Shown here: piece by piece, positions 34,799 through 44,737 of the stretch | Numbering within the stretch: the stretch's first letter is position 1 | How the letters are laid out: each line of letters starts with the position of its first letter | Assembly (NCBI GenBank): GCA_035500835.1 | Contig: DATJWW010000034.1 | Span: 56,984 to 120,983 of the forward strand | Reading direction: 5' to 3' | DNA: 64,000 nt | Source: Solirubrobacterales bacterium | Lineage (GTDB): Bacteria; Actinomycetota; Thermoleophilia; Solirubrobacterales; 70-9 | Translations under genes and position numbers: made by a program | Notes under the pieces: generated by a model | The model's input: only the letters and a program-made list of their open reading frames with translations | Told to the model about the DNA's origin: nothing | The model's database searches: none

Positions 34799-36034
34799 TC
34801 AGCCCCGGCGGTAGAGCATGGAGATGGCGCCCCAGTGCCCGTGGTGACAGTAGGCGGCCGTCTCGGCGCCCGCGATCTGCCGCTCGCCCGCCTCATGTCG
34901 CAGCTGGCGGACCGCCTCGATGTGCAGGTTCATGCCGTGCATGTACGACTCGGAGAGCAGCCCGCCGCCGGTGTTGCACGGCAGGACCCCGTCGCGCTCG
35001 ATCCGGCCTTGCTGGATGAAGCTGAGGCCCTCCCACGGCTCGCACACCCCGAGGCCCTCCAGAAACATCGGCAACTGCACGCTGAAGCCGTCGTAGCACT
35101 GGACGAGGTCGATGTCGTCCGGCGTCACCCCGGCCATCCCCAGGCATTCGGCCGATGCCTCCTCGACGCACCCGATCGCCGCGTCGTGCCGGCGAAAGCC
35201 CATCTGGGTGTGTCGGGCATAGGGGCTGTATCGACCGACGCCCCCGACCAGGACCGGCCGGTGGTTGGTCGACGTCGCGATGTCGGCGCGCTGCAGGATG
35301 AGACAGGCGCCGCCGTCGTTGACCATGCAGCAGTCGTAGAGCCGCAGCGGCCTGAACGTGTAGCGCGCGGCCAGGTACTGCTCGATGGTCATCGGGTCCT
35401 GCATCACGGCGTTGGGGTTCAGCCGCGCGTTCTTGCGGAAGGCGACCGCCACCGCGCCGAGCTCCTCCTCCCCGCAGCCGAGGCGGTCGAGATATTCCTG
35501 GTAGGTGAAGGCGTATTGCGCCCCGGGGCTGGAGAAGCCCCAGACGTGGTAGTACCACTGGTTCATGTAGCCGGAGCGGGGCTCTGACACCCCGCCGTAC
35601 GCTTTCGCGCCGCGCCCGCGGCTGCCGTTCCCATAGACGATGGCGACGGTCGAGCAGCGCCCGGCCGCGAGCCCGTCGACGCATACCTGGACGATGTGAT
35701 CGGGAAGGCCGGTTTCCGCGCCCCACCTGACGGTGAGGCCGAGGATCTCGGCGGTCCGCTCGAACCCCATTTCCTCGGCGCGACCGGCGCAGACCGCGAG
35801 GCCGTCGATGTCGCCCTTCTCGAGCCCCGCATCGGCGAGCGCCCTCGTGAAGGCCTCCGCCGCGAACCCGCTCGGGGCCTCGTCGAGGTCCTCCGCCGAG
35901 GAAGCCCGATCCGGCTCGCCCACAGGAGCGCCCAGCTCTGCCCGTCGCGAGCGCTGGTAGTCGGCCCGGTAGTCGGTCTCCCCGACGCCGACCACGGCGA
36001 CCCGATCGCTGATGGCAGTGGCAGACACGGCCAA
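34799..36034 (-). CDS. Thiolase-fold protein (SCP-x/Ltp-type, non-acetyltransferase class)
   Basis: 411 aa (VAVVGVGETDY..., C-terminal NTGGGLLSESYMHGMN). Paired with the DUF35 protein. TTG start. Confidence 0.85.
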   Translation of the reverse strand: MAVSATAISDRVAVVGVGETDYRADYQRSRRAELGAPVGEPDRASSAEDLDEAPSGFAAEAFTRALADAGLEKGDIDGLAVCAGRAEEMGFERTAEILGLTVRWGAETGLPDHIVQVCVDGLAAGRCSTVAIVYGNGSRGRGAKAYGGVSEPRSGYMNQWYYHVWGFSSPGAQYAFTYQEYLDRLGCGEEELGAVAVAFRKNARLNPNAVMQDPMTIEQYLAARYTFRPLRLYDCCMVNDGGACLILQRADIATSTNHRPVLVGGVGRYSPYARHTQMGFRRHDAAIGCVEEASAECLGMAGVTPDDIDLVQCYDGFSVQLPMFLEGLGVCEPWEGLSFIQQGRIERDGVLPCNTGGGLLSESYMHGMNLHIEAVRQLRHEAGERQIAGAETAAYCHHGHWGAISMLYRRG

Positions 36035-36049
36035 GGGACCCTACAATTC

Positions 36050-36069
36050 TTGTCAACGATAGTTGGCAA
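36050..36069. promoter_or_regulatory. Palindrome TTGTCAAC-GATA-GTTGGCAA in a divergent promoter
   Basis: 20-nt near-perfect inverted repeat between the thiolase start (36034) and the CMD-family gene start (36094). Confidence 0.35.
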
Positions 36070-36093
36070 AGCAGGGAGAGGAGAGGTTTTTCG

Positions 36094-36645
36094 ATGCCCC
36101 AGATCGCGGTTCCCGATCAGTTCGAGAACAGGTCGGCGACATATGCCTACGGAACGTTCTCGCCGGAGCTTTCAAAGGCGGCGATGGAGTTCTCGACCTC
36201 CGTCTACAAAAACGTCCGGTTGCCCCTGCGCGAGTTCGAGGCGGCACGCGCCCGCGTCGCCCAGATCAACGGCTGCCAGACCTGTCAGGCCTTCCGCTCG
36301 GGCCGTGACGTCCCCGCCTACATCGAAGGCAACGGCGGCGACGCGACCGGCTCGATCGCCGATCGCGGCGACAAGGAACCCGACGAGGAGTTCTACGAAA
36401 ACGTGGCCGACTGGCAGACCTCGCCCATCTACAGCGAGCGCGAGCGCCTCGCGATCGATCTCGCCGAGCGCTTCTCCCTCGCCCCGACGTCGGTGGACGG
36501 AGACGTCGACTTCTGGGACCGGATCCACGCCGCGTTCTCCGACGAGGAGCTGTTCGAACTGATGCTCGCGATCGGCTCCTGGGTGGCGTTCGGCCGGGTC
36601 ATGCACATGCTCGAGTTCGACGGAGGGAGCGCCTGCGGCATCTGA
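36094..36645 (+). CDS. Carboxymuconolactone decarboxylase (AhpD-like) family protein
   Basis: 183 aa with the INGCQTCQAF CxxC motif. RBS GGAGAGGAGAGG lies upstream. Confidence 0.8.
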   Translation: MPQIAVPDQFENRSATYAYGTFSPELSKAAMEFSTSVYKNVRLPLREFEAARARVAQINGCQTCQAFRSGRDVPAYIEGNGGDATGSIADRGDKEPDEEFYENVADWQTSPIYSERERLAIDLAERFSLAPTSVDGDVDFWDRIHAAFSDEELFELMLAIGSWVAFGRVMHMLEFDGGSACGI

Positions 36646-36646
36646 C

Positions 36647-37069
36647 TCAAGGGGACAGCTTGCGGAAATCCCAGCTGACGATCTTCGTCGGCTGCAGCCG
36701 CAGCCAGGCGTGCCTGCCGTCGTGGGCGCCTTCGGTGCCGCCGTACTTCTCCGCGTAGGCCCGCTCGACCGGCTCGAGCGCGGGCACGTCGGCATCGGCG
36801 CGGGGCACGTCGCCGACGACGGCGACGCTGCCCTGCAGCTCGACGCCGCGCAGCTCGCCGTAGGCCTCGCCCGCGTCGACCACGGCCGCGGCGCGGGGGT
36901 CCCTGAGCAGGTCGCTCCATCGCTGCGAGCGGACCAGCGAGGACATCCAGAGGGCGCCGCCCGACCAGACGAACCAGATCGGCGTGATGTGCGGGCCCGC
37001 CTCCCCGGTGGTGGCGAGGCGAGCGGTGCGCGCGCCGGCGAGAAAATCGTCCAGCTCATCCTTCGACAT
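36647..37069 (-). CDS. Pyridoxamine 5'-phosphate oxidase family (PPOX class, possibly F420-dependent) protein
   Basis: Start at MSKDELDDFLAGARTARLATTGEAGPHITPIWFVW. Confidence 0.75.
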   Translation of the reverse strand: MSKDELDDFLAGARTARLATTGEAGPHITPIWFVWSGGALWMSSLVRSQRWSDLLRDPRAAAVVDAGEAYGELRGVELQGSVAVVGDVPRADADVPALEPVERAYAEKYGGTEGAHDGRHAWLRLQPTKIVSWDFRKLSP

Positions 37070-37127
37070 CGCGATCGGGCGGCGCCGTCGCTGGGGCCGG
37101 AGCTCTCCGCCGGAGAAGTCCACCGAT

Positions 37128-37910
37128 CTAGCGCGAGCGGCGCGCGGCGAGCATCGCCGGGATCGCGTCCCGGGCGGCCGGCGTGGTCAGACAGAGGACC
37201 TGAGTCCGGTCCTCGGTGACGATCGCGCTGCGCAGGTCGGGGGCGTCGAGGTTCGACCACATCACCTGCTTGGTCATCTCGACCCCGAAGCGGTCGTTCG
37301 CGACGATCGCCTCGGCGATCTCGAGCGCCGCCGCGACCACCTCGCCGTCGGGCACGACGCGGAGCACGAGGCCGGCGCGCGCCGCCTCCTCGGCGTCGAT
37401 CAGGCGGCCGGTGAGCATCATCTCGAAGGCGAGCGTCGGGCCGACGATCCGCGGCAGCAGATAGCTGACCCCGACGTCGCAGCCGGAGATGCCGAGTTTC
37501 ACGAAGGCCGCGTTGAAGCGGGCCGAGGCGCCGCAGACGCGGGTGTCGGCGGCCAGGGCCATCGCCATCCCGCCGCCGGCGGCGGGCCCGTTGACGGCCG
37601 CGATCACCGGCAGCCGCAGCTCCTTGATCCGGGCGATCAGGCCCGAGAAGGCGATCTGGTTCACCATCAGGTCGTCGACGTCGCCGGCGGCGGCCTCGGC
37701 GGTCAGCTCGTCCAGGTCGTGCCCGGAGCTGAAGCCGCGCCCGGCCCCGGTCAAGATCACCACCCGGGCCCGGCCCTCCGCCTCGAGCCCGGCCAGCGTC
37801 TCGCCGAGGCCGCTGACCAGGGCCCGACTCATCGAGTTCAGCGACTCGGGGCGGTTCAGGGTGACGAGGGCGATCTCCTCGCCCTCCCAGCTCAGCTCGA
37901 CCTCGCTCAT
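37128..37910 (-). CDS. Enoyl-CoA hydratase/isomerase
   Basis: MSEVELSWEGEEIALVTLNRPESLNSM...ILTGAGRGFSSGHDL is the crotonase signature. ATGA overlap with the upstream gene. Confidence 0.88.
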   Translation of the reverse strand: MSEVELSWEGEEIALVTLNRPESLNSMSRALVSGLGETLAGLEAEGRARVVILTGAGRGFSSGHDLDELTAEAAAGDVDDLMVNQIAFSGLIARIKELRLPVIAAVNGPAAGGGMAMALAADTRVCGASARFNAAFVKLGISGCDVGVSYLLPRIVGPTLAFEMMLTGRLIDAEEAARAGLVLRVVPDGEVVAAALEIAEAIVANDRFGVEMTKQVMWSNLDAPDLRSAIVTEDRTQVLCLTTPAARDAIPAMLAARRSR

Positions 37911-38925
37911 CCGTCCTTCTCCTTCCTCAGTTGATCCATCAGCGGCGCCCAGCGCTCCATGTCGGCACCGTCCGGCAGCGCCAGGGTGAGGCGCGTCGCG
38001 AGGTCCCCGTAGCGGCGACCCAGCTCGGCCACCACCTCCTCCGGCGTGCCGACCACGGCGAACGCCTCGAGCACCTCGTCGGGGACGACGCTGCCCAGCT
38101 CTTCCCAGCGGCCGCTCTTCGTCATCGAGTTGAGGCGGTCGCCCAGCTCCTCCCAGCCGTGCAGCTCGAGCACCGGTCGGTAGGCGGGCGTCGAGCCGTA
38201 GAAGCCGATCTGATCCTTGATCGCGGCGACCGCCGCCGCCAGGTCGCTCCCCGCTTCGGCGATCGCGACGAAGCCCGGCGCGACGAGCTCGAACCGCTCC
38301 CCCTCCCGCCCCGCCCGGGCGCGGCCGCGCTCGACCAGGGGCAAGGTGACCTCGCGCACGTAGCGCTCGGTCGAGAAGGCGTGGCAGATCAGCCCGTCGG
38401 CGACCTCGCCGGCGACCTCGGTCATCCGCGGCCCCACCGCCGCCAGGTAGACGTCGGGCGGGCCGAACGGGTTGGGCCCGGGGTCGAAGAACGGCGTCAT
38501 CAGCGTGTGCTCGTAGAACTCGCCGGAGAAGTCGAGCGGGGTGCCGCCGTCCCAGCTCGCCCAGATCGCCCGCAGGGCGAGGACGAACTCGCGCATGCGC
38601 GCCGCCGGGCTGCTCCAGGGCATCGAGAAGCGCCGCGTCACATGGGCCTTGATCTGGGAGCCGAGGCCGAGCGAGAAGCGGCCGCCGCTCGCCGCCTGCA
38701 GGTCGTTCGCCTGCAGGGCGACGGTCATCGGGTTGCGGGCGAAGGCGATCGTGACGGCGGTGCCGATCCCGATCCGCTCGGTCCGCTCGGCCGCCACCGC
38801 CGAGGCGAGGGGCGGGTCGACCTTCGTCTCGGTCACCCACCAGCCGTCGTACCCGCGCCGCTCGGCCTCGCGCGCCGATTCGCCCGCCTCGTCGAGGCGC
38901 GAGAAGGAGCCGGTGAAGTCGACCT

Positions 38926-38929
<4 letters not shown>
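37907..38929 (-). CDS. LLM-class (luciferase-like) oxidoreductase, probably F420-dependent
   Basis: 340-aa TIM-barrel LLM pattern (GIGTAVTIAFARNPMTVA..., GRFSLGLGSQ). Confidence 0.85.
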
Positions 38930-40083
<1,154 letters not shown>

Positions 40084-40097
40084 CCCGGACCGACCCC

Positions 40098-40859
40098 TCA
40101 GAGGGAGAGACCGCCGTCGACGACCAGGGTCTGCCCGGTCACGTAGGAGCCCTCGCAGGCGAGGAAGCGGACCGCCAGCGCGATCTCCTCCGGGGTGCCG
40201 GGGCGGCGCAGCGAGGTGCGGGACAGCATCCGTTCGCGCGCCCGCTCCGGAACCTCGCCGGTCATGTCGGTCTCGACGAAGCCGGGGGCCACCGCGTTGA
40301 CCGTGACGCCGTCGCGACCGCCCTCCTTCGAGATCGACTTGACGAAGCCGAGGAGGCCCGCCTTGGCCGCCGCGTAGGCGCCGTCGCCGGGGAACCCGAT
40401 CAGGCCGATCGCCGAGCTGACGACGATCACCCGCCCGAAGCCGGCCTCCTTCATCCGCGGCAGCGCCGCCCGCACCAGGTGGTAGGCGCCGGTCAGGGAT
40501 GTGTCGACCACCAGCGACCAGTCGGCGGGGGCGAGCCGGTCGATCGGGCCGCCGCGCCAGACCCCGGCGTTGACGACCAGCACGTCGAGGCCGCCGTGGC
40601 GCGCCGTGACCTCGTCGACCATCTTCGACACCGCCTCGCCGTCGGCGACATCGGCCTGCCAGGCGCTGGCCCCTTCGCCGAGGTCCGCCAGGACCGCCTC
40701 GGCGGCGGCGCGATCGCTGCGGTAGTTGACCGCGACGTCGGCACCGGCCGCGTTCAGCTCGCGGCTGATCGCCGCGCCGATCCCGCGCGAGCCGCCGGTG
40801 ACGAGCGCGGTGCGACCCGCCAACGGCGCGCTGCGGTCGACTGCCTGCGCCGACTCCAT
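40098..40859 (-). CDS. SDR family oxidoreductase (3-oxoacyl reductase-like)
   Basis: Start at MESAQAV. Carries TGGSRGIG and a YAAAK catalytic motif. Only the last 253 codons of the 581-aa ORF-track frame are real. Confidence 0.88.
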   Translation of the reverse strand: MESAQAVDRSAPLAGRTALVTGGSRGIGAAISRELNAAGADVAVNYRSDRAAAEAVLADLGEGASAWQADVADGEAVSKMVDEVTARHGGLDVLVVNAGVWRGGPIDRLAPADWSLVVDTSLTGAYHLVRAALPRMKEAGFGRVIVVSSAIGLIGFPGDGAYAAAKAGLLGFVKSISKEGGRDGVTVNAVAPGFVETDMTGEVPERARERMLSRTSLRRPGTPEEIALAVRFLACEGSYVTGQTLVVDGGLSL

Positions 40860-41662
40860 CAGTGCATCCCCTGGCCGCCGGTCACGTTGATCGCCGCCCC
40901 GTTGATGCCGGCCGCTGCGTCGGAGCAGAGGTAGGCGATCGTGTCGGCGACCTCCTGGGGCTCGATCAGCCGGCCGATCGGGTTGGCGCGCCGGGCTCGC
41001 TCGCGGACCTGCTCGACGCTGATGCCGCGCTGCTCGGCCATCGTCTCCCAGACCCCGGCGGGCTCGTCGAGGAGCGGCGTCTCGACGGTGCCGGGGCAGA
41101 CCGCGTTGACGGTGATGCCGCGGACGCCCACCTCGGCCGCCGCCGACTGGGTGAGCCCGATCACCGCGAACTTGGCGGCCGCGTAGGCGCTGAAGTGGGC
41201 CGGGGCGCTCTTGCCCGCATGGGAGGAGACGTTGACGATCCGGCCGCCGGCCTGATCGCTTTCCGCCATCCGCCGCAGCGCCGCGCGCACCCCGAAGAAG
41301 CTGCCGTCGGCGTTGACGGCCATCGCCTTCGCCCACCCCTCGTCGGTGACATCGGCCAACGGGCCGGTGCCGGCGACGGCGCCTGCGTTGTTGATCCAGG
41401 CGCCGATCTCGCCGAAGCGGCCGATCGCGAAGTCGGCGAGTTCCTCGACCTGGCTCGACCTGGTGACGTCGGCGGCGAAGGTCGCCACCTCGGTGCCACC
41501 GGGCAGGCCTTCGAGCGCCATCCCGTCGAGGCTCAGATCGGAGAGAAGAACCGGCCACCCGTCGCGACTCAGGGCCCGCGCCGTGGCGAAACCGATCCCG
41601 GTCGGGCGTCCGGCGCCGGTCACAACTGCGACTCCCCTCACTGCGTCCCTCTCCTCCTCCAC
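40859..41662 (-). CDS. SDR family oxidoreductase
   Basis: 267 aa with VTGAGRPTGIG and YAAAKFAV. Confidence 0.85.
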   Translation of the reverse strand: MEEERDAVRGVAVVTGAGRPTGIGFATARALSRDGWPVLLSDLSLDGMALEGLPGGTEVATFAADVTRSSQVEELADFAIGRFGEIGAWINNAGAVAGTGPLADVTDEGWAKAMAVNADGSFFGVRAALRRMAESDQAGGRIVNVSSHAGKSAPAHFSAYAAAKFAVIGLTQSAAAEVGVRGITVNAVCPGTVETPLLDEPAGVWETMAEQRGISVEQVRERARRANPIGRLIEPQEVADTIAYLCSDAAAGINGAAINVTGGQGMH

Positions 41663-41679
41663 TTTGCCCGGGGCCGTAT

Positions 41680-41697
41680 ATACCGACCTGTCGGTAC
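41680..41697. promoter_or_regulatory. Operator-like palindrome ATACCGA-CCTG-TCGGTAC (class II)
   Basis: Lies 18 nt upstream of the SDR operon start, in the divergent gap shared with the TetR gene. Confidence 0.5.
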
Positions 41698-41747
41698 ACT
41701 ACTGGAATAGGCAAGACCTCAGACGTACCGTGTGCACGCACCCTTGT

Positions 41748-41765
41748 GTACCGACCCGTCTGTAC
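41748..41765. promoter_or_regulatory. Operator-like palindrome GTACCGA-CCCG-TCTGTAC (class II)
   Basis: Lies 17 nt upstream of the TetR ATG at 41782. Confidence 0.5.
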
Positions 41766-41781
41766 ATTAGGCTGGCCGGGG

Positions 41782-42384
41782 ATGAGCTCGGCGGGAGAGA
41801 CGAAAGCGAAACGGCTGGCGGGGCCGGTCCAGAGAAAACGCATTCTCCGGGCTGCCGCGGACCTGTTCGCCGAACAGGGCTACCACGGCACGGGCATCGA
41901 GGAACTTTCCCAGAAGGTCGAACTCGGCCGCGGCGCCCTATATCACCACATCGGCAGCAAGGAAAAAGTCCTCGCCGAGATCTGCCGGATCAGCGTCAGC
42001 GAAATGATCGCGATCGGCGAAAAGATCAAGGACGGCCCCGGCGGCGCCGAGGAGCGCTTCCGCAAGCTCGCGGCGGAGCTGATGCGGAACATCGCCGGCA
42101 GCATCCCCGAGTGGACCGTCTTCTTCCGCGACTACATCGCGCTCAGCGGTCCCCAGCAGAAAGAGATACTGGGCCTGCGGCGAGACTTCGAGCAGATCGT
42201 CAAGGACATCGTCGACGAGGGGATGGAGAGCGGCGAGCTGCGGCGCCTCGATCCGATCGCGATCAAAGGCCTGCTCGGCCAGTTCAACTACTCCTACCTC
42301 TGGGTGCGCTCCTCAGGGCGCCTCGCCCCCGAGGAGATCGCGGAGATCTTCTGCGACTCGACCTTCCTCGGGCTGCGGGCCTAG
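41782..42384 (+). CDS. TetR family transcriptional regulator (paralog 1)
   Basis: Start at MSSAGETKAKRLAGPVQRKRILRAAADLFAEQGYHGTGIEELSQKV. By eye about four in five residues are identical to the TetR at 52093. Confidence 0.85.
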   Translation: MSSAGETKAKRLAGPVQRKRILRAAADLFAEQGYHGTGIEELSQKVELGRGALYHHIGSKEKVLAEICRISVSEMIAIGEKIKDGPGGAEERFRKLAAELMRNIAGSIPEWTVFFRDYIALSGPQQKEILGLRRDFEQIVKDIVDEGMESGELRRLDPIAIKGLLGQFNYSYLWVRSSGRLAPEEIAEIFCDSTFLGLRA

Positions 42385-42467
42385 AGGTCGACTCCAGGCG
42401 CGGCCTGCCTGACGGCGCCCGTCCGAGGTGCGTCCCGGGCGTCTCGTCACCGGGCCCAAGGAGACAG

Positions 42468-42519
42468 CCACGACCGTGCACTTGACCACACCCTGGTGTG
42501 GTCAAGTGCACGGTCGTGG
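42468..42519. repeat. Perfect 24-bp-stem palindrome with a 4-nt loop
   Basis: CCACGACCGTGCACTTGACCACAC-CCTG-GTGTGGTCAAGTGCACGGTCGTGG. Confidence 0.9.
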
Positions 42520-42651
42520 TGGGCCTGATGAGGAAGACGCACGGAACCGTGGACTTGCCGGGTCTTCGTCACGGATCACAGGCCTTCGTGGAGGAACACG
42601 CGCCTCTCTTCCCGGGGCACGCCGATCCCCCCGCCCTCTCCCCGAACCCTC

Positions 42652-42714
42652 GGCCGTCCCGGCCACGGCCACACCCTGCGAGGGTCGTGGCCGGGACGGC
42701 CGCGTCCCTTACCC
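42652..42714. repeat. 63-nt hairpin-containing intergenic module, copy 2
   Basis: Matches 31628-31690. The hairpin is GTCCCGGCCACG (42656-42667) with CGTGGCCGGGAC (42686-42697). Confidence 0.85.
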
Positions 42715-42727
42715 CTCGGGCGACAGC

Positions 42728-44719
42728 TCAGGCGACGGCCTCGACGATCGCCTGCCGCACCCGCTCGGCGTCGGGCAGCCAGGCCCGCTCGAGCGAGGGG
42801 GCGTAGGGCGCCGGGGCGTAGGCGGCGCCGACCCGGCGGATCGGCGCGTCGAGGTCCCAGAAGCCGGCATCGGCAGCGAGGGCGGCGATCTCGGCGCCGA
42901 TCCCGAAGTCGGTGACCGCCTCGTGGGCGATCACCAGCCGGTTGGTCTTGGCCAATGAATCGAGCACGGTGTCGCGGTCGAGCGGCGAGACGGTGCGGAG
43001 ATCGATCACCTCCGTCTCGATGCCGTCCTTGGCCGCCTCCTCGGCCGCCGCGAGGGCGACCTGGACCATCCGGGAGACCGCCACCACGGTCACGTCGCCA
43101 CCCTCGCGGACGACCTTCGCCTTGCCGATCGGCACGCGGTGCCCGGCCGGCGCCTTCGCGCCCTTGGCGCCGTAGAGGATGCGGTTCTCGATCACGATCA
43201 CCGGGTTCGGGTCGTCGACCGCGCTGCGCAACAGGCCGTAGGCGTCGGCGGGCGTCGAGGGCATCAGCACGGTCAGGCCGGGGATGTGGGCGAGCAGCGC
43301 CTCGAGGCTCTGCGAGTGCTGGGCGCCCGAGGAGCGGCCGGCGCCGAACTGGGTGCGGATCGTCAGCCCGGTCCGCGCGCCGCCGCCGGTCATGTAACGG
43401 AGCTTCGCGGCCTGGTTGAAGATCTGGTCGAAGCAGACGCCGATGAAGTCGAGGTACATCACCTCGACGATCGGGCGCATCCCCGACATTGCCGCGCCGA
43501 GGCCGAGGCCGACGATCGCCGACTCGGCGATCGGCATGTCGAGCAGGCGCCCGGGGAACTCGGTGTAGAGGCCTTTGGAGGCGTTGAAGACGCCGCCGCC
43601 GCGACCGACGTCGATGCCCGCCAGGAAGACGGACTCGTCGTCGGCGAGCGCGTCGTGGAGCGCGTCGCGGATCGCCCGGATGGTGCGGATCTCCTCCTCG
43701 CCCACGACCTCGGCCTCCGGCGGCGCCGGCGGCCGCGGCACGATCACGTCGTCGAGCAGCTCGCCGGCGTCGGGTTCCGGTTCGAGCCGGGCGGCGGCCA
43801 CCGCGTCGGCGATCTCCCGCTCGACGTCGGCGCGGATCTGCTCGAGCCGATCGTCGGTCAGGCCGAGCTCCACGAGTCGGCCCTCGGCGAGGCGCAGCGG
43901 GTCCCGCTCGGCCCATTCGCGGTCCCGCTCGGGATCGCGATATTCCTCGGCATCGCCCTCGTAGTGCCCGCGCATGCGGAGCGTCAGGGCCTCGAGCAGG
44001 ATCGGCCCGGAGCCGGCCCGCAGATCGGCGACGAGTCGTTCGGCGGTGGCGGCGACGGCATCGACGTCGTTGCCGTCCACCCGCTCGTAGCGGATCCCGT
44101 AGCCGGCCGCCCGGCGCTCGATCGGGACCGCCGCATCGGTCGTGGTGCTGGTGAACTCCGCGTACTGGTTGTTCTCGCAGACGAAGAGGAGGGGGAGCTC
44201 GAGAAGACAGGCGGTGGTGACCGCCTCGTGGAAGGCGCCCTGCCCGAGCGCGCCGTCGCCGAAATAGGCCACCGCGACGTCGCCCGCCTCACGCATCTTC
44301 GCCGCCTGGGCTGCACCGCAGGCGATCGGCAGCCCGGCGCCGACGATGCCGTTGGCGCCGAAGATGCCCAGCGACACGTCGGCGATGTGCATCGATCCGC
44401 CGCGCCCGGCGCAGGTGCCGCCACGGCGCCCCATCAGCTCGGAGAACATGCCCCCCACGTCGGCGCCCTTGGCGAGCACGTGGCCATGGCCGCGATGGTT
44501 GGAGGTGATCACGTCCTCGTCGCGGAGCGGCCAGGAGATGCCGACCGGGACCGCCTCCTGCCCGATCGAGAGATGCAGGAACCCCGGGATCTCGCCGCCC
44601 CGGAACATTTCCGCCGCGGTCTCCTCGAAGCGGCGGATCCTCGACATGTCCCGGTACATCGCGGCGAGCGCCTCGACGCCGAGCTGCGGCTCTGCCGGAA
44701 CTTCGGTTGATCTGCTCAC
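42728..44719 (-). CDS. Fused alpha-beta E1 component of a 2-oxoacid/acetoin dehydrogenase-type ThDP enzyme
   Basis: 663 aa. The alpha part has FLHLSIGQEA and GDGALGQGAFHE...NNQYA (the ThDP motif). The beta part has IAESAIVGLGLGAAMSGMRPIVE. GTG start. No E2 or E3 gene lies nearby. Confidence 0.85.
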   Translation of the reverse strand: MSRSTEVPAEPQLGVEALAAMYRDMSRIRRFEETAAEMFRGGEIPGFLHLSIGQEAVPVGISWPLRDEDVITSNHRGHGHVLAKGADVGGMFSELMGRRGGTCAGRGGSMHIADVSLGIFGANGIVGAGLPIACGAAQAAKMREAGDVAVAYFGDGALGQGAFHEAVTTACLLELPLLFVCENNQYAEFTSTTTDAAVPIERRAAGYGIRYERVDGNDVDAVAATAERLVADLRAGSGPILLEALTLRMRGHYEGDAEEYRDPERDREWAERDPLRLAEGRLVELGLTDDRLEQIRADVEREIADAVAAARLEPEPDAGELLDDVIVPRPPAPPEAEVVGEEEIRTIRAIRDALHDALADDESVFLAGIDVGRGGGVFNASKGLYTEFPGRLLDMPIAESAIVGLGLGAAMSGMRPIVEVMYLDFIGVCFDQIFNQAAKLRYMTGGGARTGLTIRTQFGAGRSSGAQHSQSLEALLAHIPGLTVLMPSTPADAYGLLRSAVDDPNPVIVIENRILYGAKGAKAPAGHRVPIGKAKVVREGGDVTVVAVSRMVQVALAAAEEAAKDGIETEVIDLRTVSPLDRDTVLDSLAKTNRLVIAHEAVTDFGIGAEIAALAADAGFWDLDAPIRRVGAAYAPAPYAPSLERAWLPDAERVRQAIVEAVA

Positions 44720-44737
44720 GCGAGCTGCATCCTTCCT

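Noticed and set aside
40860-41843. N-terminal 330 codons of the 581-aa ORF 40098-41843.
   Set aside because: This stretch is an out-of-frame reading across the SDR gene 40859-41662. Only the last ~253 codons (from MESAQAV) form a coherent SDR protein.
42284-42958. ORFs 42428-42958 (plus) and 42284-42511 (minus), which share HLTTP.CGQVHGRG.
   Set aside because: They are mirror translations of the 24-bp palindrome. Neither has coding-like composition.
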